57,661 nucleotides of DNA from IMG/VR virus record IMGVR_UViG_3300036940_000262; one strand, written 5' to 3'. This stretch comes from an uncultured virus (IMG/VR IMGVR_UViG_3300036940_000262). Its lineage: Duplodnaviria > Heunggongvirae > Uroviricota > Caudoviricetes. Of the stretch, positions 1 to 10,303 are shown in pieces (the stretch's first letter is position 1; every line of letters begins with the position of its first letter). The notes under the pieces were generated by a model. The model saw only the letters and a list, made by a program, of their open reading frames with translations, had not been told where the DNA came from and searched no databases. A program made the translations under genes and the position numbers.

Positions 1-696
1 GAGGTATGTGAGTATCGCAAGTATTTTGGTGGGGAGAAGTCATGGGGTGATTTCCTGAAAAACAAAATGGTTTGTGTTACGGAGAGCTGTTGTGATTTTT
101 CCTTAATGCGTAAAGATGAGTTTAAAGAATTGGCTCTTTTTACTGAAACAGGTCGATTTCTATTAGAGGGGCGATATATTGTTCCTGTAACAGATATGTT
201 GGGTAATGTAGTAGCATTGATTGGCTGGTATCCTGATGATAAGAGATATATAACCACTCCTAGTAAATATTTTTCAAAAGAGTGTATGTACTTTGGGATG
301 GAGCAACTTGGAAAAAGAGGTTTAAATAAACCTTTCTTTATTGTAGAGGGCATATTTGACTCCTTAAACATCAGAAGGTTAGGGTTTAATGCAATGGCGA
401 ATATGGGTGTATCTTCTTCAAGGGTTAAAAAGAAGATGTACGGATTATTCAGCAAGTTAATCTTCATATCAGACAATGATGAAACAGGCAGAAAAGTTCT
501 TAAAGAGGATAGGTGGTCAACTCCATCAACTTCAACATTCTTTTCTTGGTCTGGAACATTTGATTTCGGTGATGGTGTTGAAGCAGGAATAAAAGACGTA
601 GACTTATTATGTTCCTTATTTGAGGAAGATGATTTAAAAAATATACTACAAGAGTGTGTGGACAGTAAAGACAGTCTAATTACATTAAAATTATAG
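1..696 (+). CDS. DNA primase, Toprim domain (5' end probably outside the window)
   Basis: DnaG-like motifs FFIVEGIFD and FISDNDETG. The frame is open from base 1 to the ATG at 67. Confidence 0.8.
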   Translation, partial: EVCEYRKYFGGEKSWGDFLKNKMVCVTESCCDFSLMRKDEFKELALFTETGRFLLEGRYIVPVTDMLGNVVALIGWYPDDKRYITTPSKYFSKECMYFGMEQLGKRGLNKPFFIVEGIFDSLNIRRLGFNAMANMGVSSSRVKKKMYGLFSKLIFISDNDETGRKVLKEDRWSTPSTSTFFSWSGTFDFGDGVEAGIKDVDLLCSLFEEDDLKNILQECVDSKDSLITLKL

Positions 697-697
697 G

Positions 698-1333
698 GTG
701 GAGGTAAAAATGTCAACTACTAATTATTACTGTGTGGGTAAGAATATTCCTAAAACTTATGGTGTTGGGCATATTGATGATCTAACGAAAATACAAGTGC
801 GAGACCTTTACAGGTCAGCTTGTACAAAATTGGCAGGGGTATTTAGTGAATCAATATCACATTCATTTAGACTTTGCCAGATGATTGCAAAAGATGACGG
901 TGTGATGCGTATTGTAGCTTTTGGAACAGATGATGAAGGGAAAGTAAGCAGATTTAATATCGTATTCGACAAAGCTACTATGAGTTTTTCATTCGACAAC
1001 AAGTATTTAAAATATGTTGAGTTTGATGTTTTAGAGGGTGAAGACTTCGATGTAGAACAAGAATTATCAAAGGCTTTACGAGATTTTGTATCTTATGTTA
1101 GTGGGTTAAGTAGACCTTTATCTTTATTTGAATTTCCAATCATGCCAATGGATTTGGAGAAAGATTCTAATGGTGTTTGGAAATACAGAACAAGCAACAT
1201 GGTAACAGAGGGTAAAATGGGTGAGTGTTCTTTAGAAGAAGGGACTGGCTTAGTAGTTTTATTAAACTGGGACAACGACTTCTATGAGGAATATGGTGGT
1301 CAAAATTATTCTGGTACAACAATAGATTTATAA
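698..1333 (+). CDS. hypothetical protein
   Basis: Long ORF coupled to the primase. GGAGG RBS precedes the ATG at 710. Confidence 0.6.
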   Translation: MEVKMSTTNYYCVGKNIPKTYGVGHIDDLTKIQVRDLYRSACTKLAGVFSESISHSFRLCQMIAKDDGVMRIVAFGTDDEGKVSRFNIVFDKATMSFSFDNKYLKYVEFDVLEGEDFDVEQELSKALRDFVSYVSGLSRPLSLFEFPIMPMDLEKDSNGVWKYRTSNMVTEGKMGECSLEEGTGLVVLLNWDNDFYEEYGGQNYSGTTIDL

Positions 1334-1336
1334 AGT

Positions 1337-1373
1337 AAACAAGGTAGATTAGAGGTTGAATTTATAGTATACT
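1337..1373 (+). promoter_or_regulatory. element-specific promoter (AAACAAGGTA-N21-TATACT)
   Basis: GGTA at 1343-1346, then 21 nt, then TATACT at 1368-1373. Same geometry as about 10 other intergenic sites. Confidence 0.6.
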
Positions 1374-1408
1374 ATGTATAAAAATAAATTCAATGAGGGG
1401 TAAGAAAA

Positions 1409-1702
1409 ATGACAGGAATCAGTCACGATGGTGTACAACAATTCAGAAACACAGCAGATATGTGTTTATTTCATGGCATACCTGTATGGGCATTTGAGGT
1501 AAGAATGGAGATGGGGTATCCTGTCGATGTAGCTTTAACGGCACATTGTGTAGAGTATCGACAATTAACTTGTTGTGACTTTACTGGTCAAGCCTTTCCA
1601 AACTTGTATGCTATGTGTGACTATTATGGTAAATCAGTAGACTTATTTGAAATGAGAGCAGAAGCTTTGTGGAATTTAAGAGATATACTGTTAACAAATT
1701 AA
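1409..1702 (+). CDS. small protein with two phage HTH-like repeats
   Basis: Two D-x-x-x-x-F-x-N-x-x-x-MC-x-x-(H/Y)G units resembling those in 3294..3908. Confidence 0.55.
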   Translation: MTGISHDGVQQFRNTADMCLFHGIPVWAFEVRMEMGYPVDVALTAHCVEYRQLTCCDFTGQAFPNLYAMCDYYGKSVDLFEMRAEALWNLRDILLTN

Positions 1703-1714
1703 GAGAGGTAGTAA

Positions 1715-1954
1715 ATGGCAGGAATAATGCAATGGTTATCTGTCAATTGGCAGGTTGGCTTTATTGTAACATTTATAATAGTCTTGATTTTCTATTTGGT
1801 AAGGGTTTCTTTATGTTATTCAATCCTTAACAAGAAAGAAATTAAGTCAGGCGGGATATTCATCCCAATAATCGGGGTACTATGGTTTATCATAGTTTTC
1901 ATTAAAAATGGATTCTACACTGAAGTAGTGGAAACACAACAGAAAAGCAAATAG
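1715..1954 (+). CDS. small membrane protein
   Basis: Two hydrophobic segments; GAGG RBS. Confidence 0.6.
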   Translation: MAGIMQWLSVNWQVGFIVTFIIVLIFYLVRVSLCYSILNKKEIKSGGIFIPIIGVLWFIIVFIKNGFYTEVVETQQKSK

Positions 1955-2163
1955 TCAATAATAGGTCATTTTTTCAACTATTTTGTTAAAGTGATTATTA
2001 TATAATACAAAGGTAAAGTAGGAGGTTTACTGGGTTGCGTAAGTGTTATAATGGTCAGATTGATTCATCTTTTCTAAACGATAAAGAGATAAAGAGTTAA
2101 AGAAAAAAAAACAAACTAAAAAACTAAAGAAATTAAAAAGAAAGATTTAAGAGGTAATCAGTA

Positions 2164-3207
2164 ATGGCAATGAGAATGAAACCAAAGGTATTTACACCTG
2201 ATGAAATGGCAACATTGAGAGAAGAAACAACTACACAAGCACCTTCAAACAAGATTGAAAAATCAGCGGATAAAAATTTCCCTGCTTTTGAAGTACCTGT
2301 AAATGACAAGGTATTGGTGTATGTACCTAACTTCACAAGAGTTAATCCTGAAACTGGCTTAGAAGAACTAATTATGGATAAGCCTTGGCTACATCCTGTT
2401 AAAGACGGTAAACGATTCTCAAAAATCCGTTGTATTAAAGATATTACAGCAGGCGGTTACGATGGAACTTGCCCTGTATGTGAGGGTACAGACGAACCTT
2501 GGGAATTAGCAAATCGTCAAATCGAAAGCTTGTGTAAAAACAAAGGCTTAAATCCTAAAGACCCTGACGATGTTATCGTTAAGAGTATTAAGAAAGAAGC
2601 TTACTCAGCGAGAGTGATTGATGGAACAGACAGATTCCTAACTTTCCCAATTGTGGTGATTGAGGCAGAGGATGCGGATGTTCGCAAAATTGTTCCAAAC
2701 GATGATAAAACTGCCCCAAAACACCAGATTATGTGGTACACTATTCGAGAATCTTCTTTCATTGAAAAATGGGGTGCAGCATTAGAAGCTATTGAGGAAG
2801 ACGAAAAAGTCTTACACCCAGGCGGTAGAATGTTCATCTTAAACTTCACATACCCGGCAGAAGGTAATGAGCATACTAAGATGTTGAGTGCAAAAGCATT
2901 GAAAGTAATGCATCGTTCAACAAAAGCAATTGCTGACTATATTCCACTATTCGATGAAGAAGCGAAAGAGTGGACTCCAGAAAAAGCAATGACAACGCTA
3001 TATGAAAATATGTTCTATGAAAAAGATGAACTGCAAAAAGAGGTTGACCGCTTGTTGGTTTCAACAAGAGATTCTTTAAATATGTTCAAAAAAGGCGACA
3101 GCAATGCAGGTCAGATTGGTGCAAACATGACTTCTGCCCCAACACTTGCTCCACCGATTGATGATTCAGACGATGTAGGGGTAGTGCTTGACGGGTATGT
3201 AGACTAA
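2164..3207 (+). CDS. single-stranded DNA-binding protein, T4 gp32-like
   Basis: H...C...CPVC zinc motif, acidic C-terminal tail, suitable size, replication-gene context and a downstream terminator. Confidence 0.6.
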   Translation: MAMRMKPKVFTPDEMATLREETTTQAPSNKIEKSADKNFPAFEVPVNDKVLVYVPNFTRVNPETGLEELIMDKPWLHPVKDGKRFSKIRCIKDITAGGYDGTCPVCEGTDEPWELANRQIESLCKNKGLNPKDPDDVIVKSIKKEAYSARVIDGTDRFLTFPIVVIEAEDADVRKIVPNDDKTAPKHQIMWYTIRESSFIEKWGAALEAIEEDEKVLHPGGRMFILNFTYPAEGNEHTKMLSAKALKVMHRSTKAIADYIPLFDEEAKEWTPEKAMTTLYENMFYEKDELQKEVDRLLVSTRDSLNMFKKGDSNAGQIGANMTSAPTLAPPIDDSDDVGVVLDGYVD

Positions 3208-3241
3208 ACATAACACAGATAGATTAAATAAGGGATAGTAT

Positions 3242-3276
3242 AATAAGGTCTGAGGTAAAACTTAGACCTTATTTTT
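3242..3276 (+). terminator. intrinsic terminator
   Basis: AATAAGGTCTGAG / CTTAGACCTTATT stem followed by a T-run. Confidence 0.8.
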
Positions 3277-3293
3277 ACTAACAAGGTGTATTT

Positions 3294-3908
3294 ATGTGTA
3301 AAGTACAAGACCATTTGGGTAATGGTTATAATAGCAAGAAAGCAATGTTAGATTTCTGGGGTGTGAATCAGCAAACTTATTATAAAAGAAGAAGGTCTGA
3401 TTGGTCACTTAAAGAGGCATTAACAGGGGTAAAAGAACAAGAGATTGTTGTACATGACCATTTGGGTAAAGGGTTTTATTCAGAGTGTGCAATGTGTAGA
3501 TACTGGGAGGTATCACAAGCAACATTTAGACTTAGAAAAGAATCTGGTTTGCCTTTAAAAGATTGTCTGGATAAGAACTACAAATATGAGAAAGAGGTTT
3601 ACACAGACCATGAAGGGAATGAGTTTGAGTCTTTAGATCTGATGTGTGTTCATTGGGGTATATCCAGATCAACATACTACAATAGAGCAAGAGAGCATTT
3701 TAAGTTAAAAGAAATCTTGACAGGCTTAGATGATAACGGTAAGTCAATCTTTGGTTCATGTTGTGAGGAAGACCATGAAGGAGTAAAACACGAAACATAC
3801 AAGAAGTTATTCAGCCATTGGGGTATCGACTATAAGTTCGGTATGAATTTAAGGCATAACTTGGGTTTAACGGCAAAGGAGATTACGAGTAAATATGGAG
3901 TTAGATAA
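3294..3908 (+). CDS. protein with four tandem DH-x-G HTH-like repeats, putative DNA-binding
   Basis: Four ~50-aa units starting DHLG/DHEG, each with (M/L)xxxW(G/E)(V/I). Confidence 0.6.
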   Translation: MCKVQDHLGNGYNSKKAMLDFWGVNQQTYYKRRRSDWSLKEALTGVKEQEIVVHDHLGKGFYSECAMCRYWEVSQATFRLRKESGLPLKDCLDKNYKYEKEVYTDHEGNEFESLDLMCVHWGISRSTYYNRAREHFKLKEILTGLDDNGKSIFGSCCEEDHEGVKHETYKKLFSHWGIDYKFGMNLRHNLGLTAKEITSKYGVR

Positions 3909-4323
3909 CTACGTTGTAGGAATTACAACTTTAAAAGAAAGGTCTTTAGCTCACAAGCAGGTTTATTTGCTTCAAGAGTTAGGGGTAGAATTGGATTATG
4001 TGTTTGATCTGTTTTACGAAGGAGTTTATTCAGTAGACTTATCAGAAAGTATATTCAAATTAAAAGGGTTAGGTTTTGAGGATTTAAGAGGGAGTTGGAG
4101 TCCCGAAGTAAGAGGCGGGTACAATGAGTTATTAAAGGCAAAACCTGATACAGTCTCAAGTAAAAACTGGTTAGAGTTGTTAACTTCAATAATCTTCTTA
4201 CATAAAACTGGTTTTGATATTTATGATCCTGATTTTTTCAAAAGGTTGGGTAGACGTGCATTTATGAGGTCAGACGTCGATCGTGCGTTTGATTTAATTA
4301 AGCAGGTGGGTTTATGTCACTAA
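3895..4323 (+). CDS. YwgA / Panacea (DUF4065)-like winged-helix protein
   Basis: R..AHKQVYLLQELG...F....GVYS.DL and WLELLTS resemble the QK.vY.lq..G...GPYS and LELLAS motifs. Confidence 0.4.
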   Translation: MELDNYVVGITTLKERSLAHKQVYLLQELGVELDYVFDLFYEGVYSVDLSESIFKLKGLGFEDLRGSWSPEVRGGYNELLKAKPDTVSSKNWLELLTSIIFLHKTGFDIYDPDFFKRLGRRAFMRSDVDRAFDLIKQVGLCH

Positions 4324-5552
4324 TACAAAGCATTGAACTTCATAACTACGAATCTTTTAGGGATGCTAAATTTGTCTTTGATGAAACAAATATCTTAAAC
4401 ATAAAAGGATTCAATGATTCAGGGAAATCGGCTGTTTTAAGAGCGGTTGGGATTTGTTTAATGGATTTGTTTAAAATGAAGCAATCGGAGTTCATCAAGC
4501 ATGGTTGTGATTATTTCAGAATAGTGGTTACATTTGATGATGGGGTATCAATTCTCAGAGACAAGTATAAGAACGGTCAGTCATTATATGAAATGTACCT
4601 AAACGATGAACTTCAATTCACTACAAAACAAGGTGACAGATTGTCAAAAGTTACCGGAGTTCCAGACTTGATTGCAAACTATTTAAACTTGTGTGTGACA
4701 GAGGATGTTTACTTAAATTATCAAGGTAGTCGAGATCCATTGCCTGTGGTAGATTTCTCAGGCAGTAAAAACTATAGAATGTTTCATGAGGTGTTTAGAG
4801 TTACAGAGATAACAAGAGCAACTCAAATGATAAACACTGATAGAAACGAGCTAAACTCTGATATCTCTATCTTAGAAAACAACCTACACAAGTATGAGGT
4901 CTTGTTAGAACCTGTAAAAGAGGTAACACAAGAGTTAGTTGATGCGATTAGAGAGCTTGAAACAGAATCCAATCTCTTAGAGAAAAAGAAATTAGGGGTT
5001 GAGGAATGTGTAACGGCGTTAAACAACATTGTTGCGATTAAGGAAAATCCTTATATTAAAGAAGTGAGTAGAGGGCAATTAAAGAACATTGATCGATGCT
5101 ATTCTGCTGTTAATATGTTAGGGAGTATCAAAATTCATCCTGAGATCTCAGGGGTAGACGAACGTAGACTTAAAGGTATCCATGAGGTTTCCAATGTGTT
5201 TACAAACTTAAAAAGCATTGAGATTCAGCCTTCATTAGATGGGGTAGATAACAGTAGATTAAAAGCCTTAAGTAATATAATGTCGTCAATTGACCAGATT
5301 AAAAGTCTGGAAGTACCTGTAGAAGTTGGTAAAGTATCTTATAGTAAGTTAAGTGCATTAAGCACTGTAAAGGTAGACTTATCTATGGTTCTTGAGTTAA
5401 GTCAGAGTATAAACAATATTGACGATGAGTTAACAAGTTGTAAAAAAGAGTTAGAAGGGTTGGAAAAAAGCTTAGATAGTACAGGCGGAAAATATATTAA
5501 ATGTACGAACTGCGGTACTATACTAGAGGTAGGTGAAGTGTGTGGACATTAA
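4314..5552 (+). CDS. Rad50/SbcC-like ATPase, N-terminal half
   Basis: IELHNYESF start, Walker A GFNDSGKS, coiled coil and terminal CTNC zinc hook. No Walker B in this ORF. Confidence 0.8.
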   Translation: MSLIQSIELHNYESFRDAKFVFDETNILNIKGFNDSGKSAVLRAVGICLMDLFKMKQSEFIKHGCDYFRIVVTFDDGVSILRDKYKNGQSLYEMYLNDELQFTTKQGDRLSKVTGVPDLIANYLNLCVTEDVYLNYQGSRDPLPVVDFSGSKNYRMFHEVFRVTEITRATQMINTDRNELNSDISILENNLHKYEVLLEPVKEVTQELVDAIRELETESNLLEKKKLGVEECVTALNNIVAIKENPYIKEVSRGQLKNIDRCYSAVNMLGSIKIHPEISGVDERRLKGIHEVSNVFTNLKSIEIQPSLDGVDNSRLKALSNIMSSIDQIKSLEVPVEVGKVSYSKLSALSTVKVDLSMVLELSQSINNIDDELTSCKKELEGLEKSLDSTGGKYIKCTNCGTILEVGEVCGH

Positions 5553-5691
5553 AAGTTATTTAAACGAAATAATAGATGATTTGACAAATCAGAAAGTGCA
5601 ATCAGGGGTAGATTATAAAACCGCAATTGAGGAATCCTTTAAAGAGGTGCAGATAATGGCGGTGGAGGTGTTCAATGCAGGAAGTAATTAA
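5542..5691 (+). CDS. 49-aa protein (MDIKSYLNEII...), below the ORF-track cutoff
   Basis: GTG start after GAGGTAGGTG. Fills the gap and overlaps both neighbours. Confidence 0.45.
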   Translation: MDIKSYLNEIIDDLTNQKVQSGVDYKTAIEESFKEVQIMAVEVFNAGSN

Positions 5692-6655
5692 AGGCAACCT
5701 GTTAATATTTGGTGATTTACATTTAAGCTGTGTCTACTCTGGATCACATAAAGACTACACCTATGAATCTTATCTACTAATGGATAACATAATAGAAAAA
5801 GTAAAACAGGAAAAAGCGGATTGTGTTATTTTTCTTGGTGACTTGATCGGGGTATCTGAGAGAAACATTAAAGACCATCAGTTCTTAATGAGGGTTTTAC
5901 TGTTCTTTAGAACACTTAACGAATTAACAGATGGTCGTGTCTATTCAGTCAAAGGGAATCATGACAAAGGTGATTTTTCAGACTTCGACTTATTGGTCGG
6001 GTTTGGGTTGTTGAAAACACCTGATAGATTAGACTATTATGGTACAAGTCACGAGATTCGTTTCCATTTAGTAGATTATGGTGACGAGAAGAAGGAGTTA
6101 GAGTACGCAGAGGTTTCTAACGTAGTCTTAGCTCATAACGACTTCACAGTTGAGGGTTTCTCAGACTGGTATCAACATAGAAACGGTGTAAGTTTACAAG
6201 GGTTAAAAAACTGGTCAGAGGTTGATTTAGTCATAGCAGGGCATTTACACACTCCTTCAGAAGGGGTAATTAATGCTATGATTGGTGCTAAATCAGTAGG
6301 ATTGTTGTATACAGGGAGTCCTTCAAGAACTTCTGAACGGTTTGATGATTGCTTCTATGTGAAGTTTGATTACACCGAGGAGGATGACACAACAAACTAC
6401 GATATCTTTATGATGGGTTTACCACCTTGGAAAGATGTGTTTTATGTTGATGAAGAAGTTGATGTAGAGGATGTTGTATCTGAGGAAAGACGAGAAGCTT
6501 CTGAATCATTAACAGAAATTGTTAAAGAGATTATGAGTGGGAGAATCACGAAAGGTGATTTAATATCTCAGGTTGAGGTAGTACCTTATGCAACAGATGA
6601 AGTAAAACAGTTAGCGGTATCCTATTTAAGAAAAGCCATTGATGGGGGAGAATAA
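5675..6655 (+). CDS. Mre11/SbcD-like metallophosphoesterase nuclease
   Basis: GDLH, LGD, GNHD, AH and GHLH motifs; adjacent to the SbcC half. Confidence 0.85.
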   Translation: MQEVIKGNLLIFGDLHLSCVYSGSHKDYTYESYLLMDNIIEKVKQEKADCVIFLGDLIGVSERNIKDHQFLMRVLLFFRTLNELTDGRVYSVKGNHDKGDFSDFDLLVGFGLLKTPDRLDYYGTSHEIRFHLVDYGDEKKELEYAEVSNVVLAHNDFTVEGFSDWYQHRNGVSLQGLKNWSEVDLVIAGHLHTPSEGVINAMIGAKSVGLLYTGSPSRTSERFDDCFYVKFDYTEEDDTTNYDIFMMGLPPWKDVFYVDEEVDVEDVVSEERREASESLTEIVKEIMSGRITKGDLISQVEVVPYATDEVKQLAVSYLRKAIDGGE

Positions 6656-7515
6656 TGAGTGCAGAGTTAATTAAGAAAATTGATGAATTAAACAGTAAAA
6701 TTGCTAAGTTAAACCAGGAAAGAAACAAGGCTGTAGCCACTAAAGAGGTTTGGCAGGAAAGATTAGGGACAAGTGTATCAGACTACAAAGAGAAGTTTGG
6801 GGTAGACCTAACAAAGAACGGTGAAAGCTTAAACGCTGTTGAGCCTTTAATTAGCAGTGAGTACACAAGAGTATTAAATGAAACACAGAAGGACTTTGAT
6901 AAGCAGTCAAAACTGGTTTCTTTAGTAGAGAGTGGCAATGTTGAGGGTGCTTGGGAGTTGCTAGGGGGTAACCCTAACGCAAAAGTAGAGGCGGTTGAAG
7001 AGCCTGTGGAAGTTGAAGATCCTCTACAGGAGGTTCAGGAACAAACAGAAATAAACTTAAACAATTGGACAACAAACGAAGAACCTGTAGATGAAGGTGT
7101 TGCTTTAGGCAACTGGGCTGTAGAGGAAAAACTTATTGAGGAAAAGCCTCTTGAAGAAACAAAACCTGCTTCAACTTTATTTGGACTTGATTTAGGTCAG
7201 GCTGATGCAGAAGTTGTTAATGAATCGAAACAAGAGGCTGTTAAAGGGGTACAAGAACCTGTAAAAGCATCAAGTTTGTTCTCAGGTTTAAATATTGAAG
7301 AGGAAGAGGATGAGTTCATTGTTGCATCACAAGAGGAAGATGTAGCCGATGATGACGATGATGATTTTGTGTTCGACCCAAAAGCAGCTCCTGCGGATAA
7401 AAAGATTGACTGGAATCCACAGGTAAGTGAGGAAGAACGAAAAGAAAAACAGGAAAAAGAACAGAATATGTTCTCAAACTTTGGTAATATTCTTTCAGGA
7501 ACAGATTTTAAATAG
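6655..7515 (+). CDS. coiled-coil protein with long acidic tail
   Basis: N-terminal heptads and a D/E-rich C-terminal half. Confidence 0.6.
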   Translation: MSAELIKKIDELNSKIAKLNQERNKAVATKEVWQERLGTSVSDYKEKFGVDLTKNGESLNAVEPLISSEYTRVLNETQKDFDKQSKLVSLVESGNVEGAWELLGGNPNAKVEAVEEPVEVEDPLQEVQEQTEINLNNWTTNEEPVDEGVALGNWAVEEKLIEEKPLEETKPASTLFGLDLGQADAEVVNESKQEAVKGVQEPVKASSLFSGLNIEEEEDEFIVASQEEDVADDDDDDFVFDPKAAPADKKIDWNPQVSEEERKEKQEKEQNMFSNFGNILSGTDFK

Positions 7516-7529
7516 GGTAGAGGTGTAAA

Positions 7530-8651
7530 ATGTCAAACAGAGTAAGTGTAGGAATTAAAGAGCTTTCAGAAGCTTTGGGTTATGCAAGTATCGTTTTATC
7601 TGCTAAAACAGTGGACGATAGAAACAAAAATGTAATATTCACTATTAAAGATGGTGAACTAGAGATAGTAGGGTATTCACCAATTACAATTACTAAGGTA
7701 GTTGTAGATATGTTAGAACCTTATGAGGGTGAGGATTGGCAGTTCCGCATAAAGCTGGTCGACTTGCAGAAAATGCTGACAAGCTTTATGTCATTAAGTA
7801 AAACAGAGGTTAAAAAGGTTGAGTTCACAGATGTAAAAACTAAAATTCAACTATCTTTCTTTGAAGAAGCGTTAAAACCAGAGGATGAAAAACTAGGTCA
7901 GGTGAGCCATTTCATTATGGACAATATTCCAATCGAGAAATCAATTCTTGTAGAAACAAGTAAAGTCTTTCCAGAGGATAGCAGTTCAGTACTGGGTTTA
8001 AGTTATTACTTGGATATGTTACTACCTGTAATGGTAGACACATCAGCAGGTAAGTTAAACTTTGGTGAGGAATATGTCTTCGTAATCGGAACTGCTATCA
8101 ACTCATTCTGTCCTAACAAGTTAGGTGAGGCATTCAAAGGAATCACTTTGGGGTATCAATCGGCTGTATTCTTAAAGAAGTTGTCGACTTTATCAGAGAC
8201 ATTAGAATGTGTTCAAAAGGATGGTTACTTGTATATTAAAGTAGCAAATGTAACAACATTCATTCGTTTCCAACCTGTTAAATTCAAAATCGATGCCTAC
8301 ATCGACAGAATGTCTACAGATGTTGGGGTAATTGTTGACCGTAAGTACTTTAAGGATGTACTTAAGCGGATGAGCATTACTTCTGTAAACGCCAAGGTAG
8401 CTATTAAAGAGGACTCAATCCATATAACAGGAGATGGCTTCAATCAAGAAATCCCAATTAACAACAGTCGTGGGGAGATTGAAGGGGTAGGATTTGACTT
8501 CCCTGTTCTTAACTTCACAAAGTGTATCCTAGGGATGGATACGTTACTGCCAGAGGAGTTGTTCCTGTATTTTGTTAAAATTGAAAACACTTACAGTATT
8601 TATTTTAAAGACTCATCTGAAGGATGGTTCTCGGTAATGCAAGTACGGTAG
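7530..8651 (+). CDS. DNA polymerase sliding clamp (DnaN beta-like)
   Basis: 373 aa with three repeated alpha/beta domains (e.g. IVDRKYFKDVLKRMS); replication context. Confidence 0.6.
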   Translation: MSNRVSVGIKELSEALGYASIVLSAKTVDDRNKNVIFTIKDGELEIVGYSPITITKVVVDMLEPYEGEDWQFRIKLVDLQKMLTSFMSLSKTEVKKVEFTDVKTKIQLSFFEEALKPEDEKLGQVSHFIMDNIPIEKSILVETSKVFPEDSSSVLGLSYYLDMLLPVMVDTSAGKLNFGEEYVFVIGTAINSFCPNKLGEAFKGITLGYQSAVFLKKLSTLSETLECVQKDGYLYIKVANVTTFIRFQPVKFKIDAYIDRMSTDVGVIVDRKYFKDVLKRMSITSVNAKVAIKEDSIHITGDGFNQEIPINNSRGEIEGVGFDFPVLNFTKCILGMDTLLPEELFLYFVKIENTYSIYFKDSSEGWFSVMQVR

Positions 8652-8656
8652 TTTGT

Positions 8657-9139
8657 ATGAAAGAGCTGTATACAGGTATTGTTGAGGATATTTTAAAATG
8701 GAAAGATGGTTTAAATATTTTAAGCCATCTTTCTGAAAATAAAGAAACTAATACAGAAATAATAATATTGATAGATAGTGATACAGACGACTCTTATTTT
8801 TTCATTCTTGAGGATGGTAAATTATTTTATATCGAACACAAGTATTCTGACAGGGTAAACTTGGATTTAGGTAGAGCAATCAGAGTAAACCCTGGAAAAT
8901 TTTCAATTTACGCTATGCTAAATCAGCTTGTAACACTGAGAAAACAGGCTAATGCCGAACGAATAGATGTAAAAATATCGGAGTTGGTGCTTACTATAGA
9001 TGGCATGGGAGTCGAAACAGGGAGATTTGTAAAAGAGATAGTTATTGATGATAACTACACTATCTTAGGCAAACCGACTAATGACGAAGTATTGGGGTAT
9101 TTGGAGTTGTATAGAGAAAGAAGAACGGAGGTGTGTTAA
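8657..9139 (+). CDS. hypothetical protein
   Basis: ORF filling the operon; likely ATG at 8657. Confidence 0.5.
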   Translation: MKELYTGIVEDILKWKDGLNILSHLSENKETNTEIIILIDSDTDDSYFFILEDGKLFYIEHKYSDRVNLDLGRAIRVNPGKFSIYAMLNQLVTLRKQANAERIDVKISELVLTIDGMGVETGRFVKEIVIDDNYTILGKPTNDEVLGYLELYRERRTEVC

Positions 9140-9140
9140 T

Positions 9141-9869
9141 ATGAGTTACAGTAATTTGTTAAGCGGTTTAGAGAAGAGTTTAAAGGACAAGACTCAGCTA
9201 GAAGAGCTGATAAGAACAACGAGCCTAGATCTAGCAAAGAAACAACAAGATTATGTTAATCTAATCGATGCTCAAAAGGTGTTATCTACAGTTTCAGACG
9301 ATAACATAGAAGCTTCACTAGACTTCATTACAGGGGTAATCAACAAAGCCTTATCTGAAATCTTTGCCAACACAACAAGACGAGTATACATCACTAAAAA
9401 ATTGTATGGTAATTCAAAACCGCACATCATATTAAATCTTGAAAACGGTCAAGGAGATTCTCTTGACATGGCTATCCAGACAGGCAACGGTTTATGTCAG
9501 GTCGTGTCAGTGCTGTATATGATTTGTCTGATTGAGATTAGAAAAGGAAGACGTTTAGTAATTCTTGATGAACGACTATCTGGACTTCATAAAGAAGCAA
9601 AGAGAATACTAGCTGAGATTATTAAAATCTTTACAGAAGGCGGTTTTCAGTTTATCTTTGTTGAGTACTCTCTGAATAATATTGGTAAAACCTACAATAT
9701 TGAATTGGTAGGCGATACAGCTAAAGCTTTCCCTTGGGATTCAGAGGAAGACTATTCAGATGATGTAGTCTACAAATTTTCAGATGTAGATACATCCGTA
9801 GTCGATGAGGGGTATATTGAAATAGATGAGGAAGAAGACTTGATTGGAGAGGTTGAGATAGGAAAATAA
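9141..9869 (+). CDS. Rad50/SbcC-like ATPase, C-terminal half
   Basis: Coiled coil, signature-like QTGNGLCQ, Walker B/D-loop LVILDERLSGLH. GGAGGTG RBS before ATG 9141. No Walker A. Confidence 0.75.
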   Translation: MSYSNLLSGLEKSLKDKTQLEELIRTTSLDLAKKQQDYVNLIDAQKVLSTVSDDNIEASLDFITGVINKALSEIFANTTRRVYITKKLYGNSKPHIILNLENGQGDSLDMAIQTGNGLCQVVSVLYMICLIEIRKGRRLVILDERLSGLHKEAKRILAEIIKIFTEGGFQFIFVEYSLNNIGKTYNIELVGDTAKAFPWDSEEDYSDDVVYKFSDVDTSVVDEGYIEIDEEEDLIGEVEIGK

Positions 9870-9871
9870 AT

Positions 9872-10303
9872 TTGATAAACAGCAAATACTACAAGCTTTT
9901 CATAAACACATCAACTTTAAATCAAATAGTTGTGAATAAGGATTGTGGTTACATTACTGACGGCAATCTAGTAATCTACAGCAATCAATTGACGGATTCA
10001 TACAGAGACAGTATTAAAATTGTAAATGGTAAATCTGTAAATGAGCAGTTAGAACCATTAGTAAGACCTAGTATTTCAGGTGAGGAAGTTCATATTCTGG
10101 AATCTGTATTGGCGACAGCGGTTGGGGATTGTCAGATGCTAGAGCAATCAGGGGTAGTCTACTTTATTCCAACTTTATATTTAAATATTTTTGAGGGTTC
10201 GATAAAGTATCTGTTTAAGGGTAAACAACTACTTATTATAGAATCTGGAAAAGTCCTAGCGGAGTTACAGCCACTCACATCACAGCAAGTGCAGTTTGCT
10301 TAG
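9872..10303 (+). CDS. hypothetical protein
   Basis: ORF at the end of the operon. Confidence 0.5.
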   Translation: MINSKYYKLFINTSTLNQIVVNKDCGYITDGNLVIYSNQLTDSYRDSIKIVNGKSVNEQLEPLVRPSISGEEVHILESVLATAVGDCQMLEQSGVVYFIPTLYLNIFEGSIKYLFKGKQLLIIESGKVLAELQPLTSQQVQFA

